NCBI GenBank assembly: GCA_016748015.1
Contig: JAAOMT010000176.1
Coordinates: forward strand, 124,054-188,000
DNA from: Geosiphon pyriformis uo1
Taxonomy: Eukaryota; Fungi; Glomeromycota
Direction of reading: 5' to 3'
DNA: 63,947 nucleotides
How positions within the stretch are numbered: position 1 is the stretch's first letter; each line of letters starts with the position of its first letter. The translations under genes and the position numbers were made by a program. Below the pieces are notes generated by a model, which was not told where the DNA came from, did not search any database, and saw only the letters and a list, made by a program, of their open reading frames with translations. Below, piece by piece: positions 63,335 to 63,947 of the stretch.

Positions 63335-63947
63335 TGTTATGATTCAAGAATTTAGCAAAAGAATTCTAAAATAATATAAATTATTCAATTATAATATAGT
63401 ACAATAATAATTCTAAAAAGGTGATAATTAACATAATAGCAAGTACCAACTTATAATAGTAACCAATACCAACTGGTAATAATAGCAAACACCAGATTAA
63501 GATACCAAAAAAAAAGTATTATAATGTGTTTTCTTATAGAACTACAAACATGTATATATACAGTAGCTTTAATATTGAGAAAAATAATATCATTCAACAA
63601 ATCATAAAACAAATTATAAAAACAATTTATTAAACAATTTATTCAACAGTTCTATTTTAATTATCTTTTAGTTTTTACTTTTAAAAATAAATATTCACAA
63701 AAATTTTTAATTAAAAAAAAATAAAAAATAATATTGAAAACTGAATTTAATGTATTAAGAAACTTACTTGTATTATTTATTGAATAAAATTATCATTCAT
63801 CAACTGAATCTCTTAGAAGAATAATCCCTAATCAAAATTATTTATGTTGTTACTAATTAATAAAAGCTTTATTGTAAAAATTAAGAAAAATGCTAAAGAC
63901 TATTAATATTCTGTGTTTTAAGATTAGAGAAACACATCAAGCAATTA
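63335..63947 (+). repeat. Degraded family-A LTR, truncated by the window end
   Basis: TGTTATGATTCAAGAATTTAGC vs TGTTACGGTTTAAGAATTTAGC; colinear with 21489-20870 (-). Confidence 0.88.

Overview
Eukaryotic (fungal) DNA. A Glomeromycotina/Mucoromycota-type source is inferred from short AT-rich introns, a U12 AT-AC intron and the TE types; this is not proven. The window has two compartments. (1) About 1-42.6 kb and 61-63.9 kb is a dense nest of retroelements. Ty3/Gypsy LTR elements, all with TGTTAC...GTAACA ends and 4-bp TSDs, are stacked as A in B in C in D in a LINE, and as solo-LTR-B in E in solo-LTR-F in the same LINE. There are also ORF1-only LINE relatives and further solo LTRs, all decayed mainly by C>T/G>A transitions. 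The Gypsy elements share an unusual layout: one long ORF (N-terminal extension, Gag, CCHC, protease, Cys-rich domain, dUTPase, RT, RNase H, stop), a separate integrase ORF, and a conserved non-Env third ORF ending DFDGAQS* directly at the PPT. (2) About 43-60.5 kb is a host gene island with no recognisable TE: FCF2 (hosting an intronic C/D snoRNA of the SNORD46/snR63 type), a DOCK-family GEF, an Sds3/BRMS1-family gene with an AT-AC minor intron, cytosolic LeuRS and HSBP1. Five N-gaps limit certainty in the first 10.5 kb.
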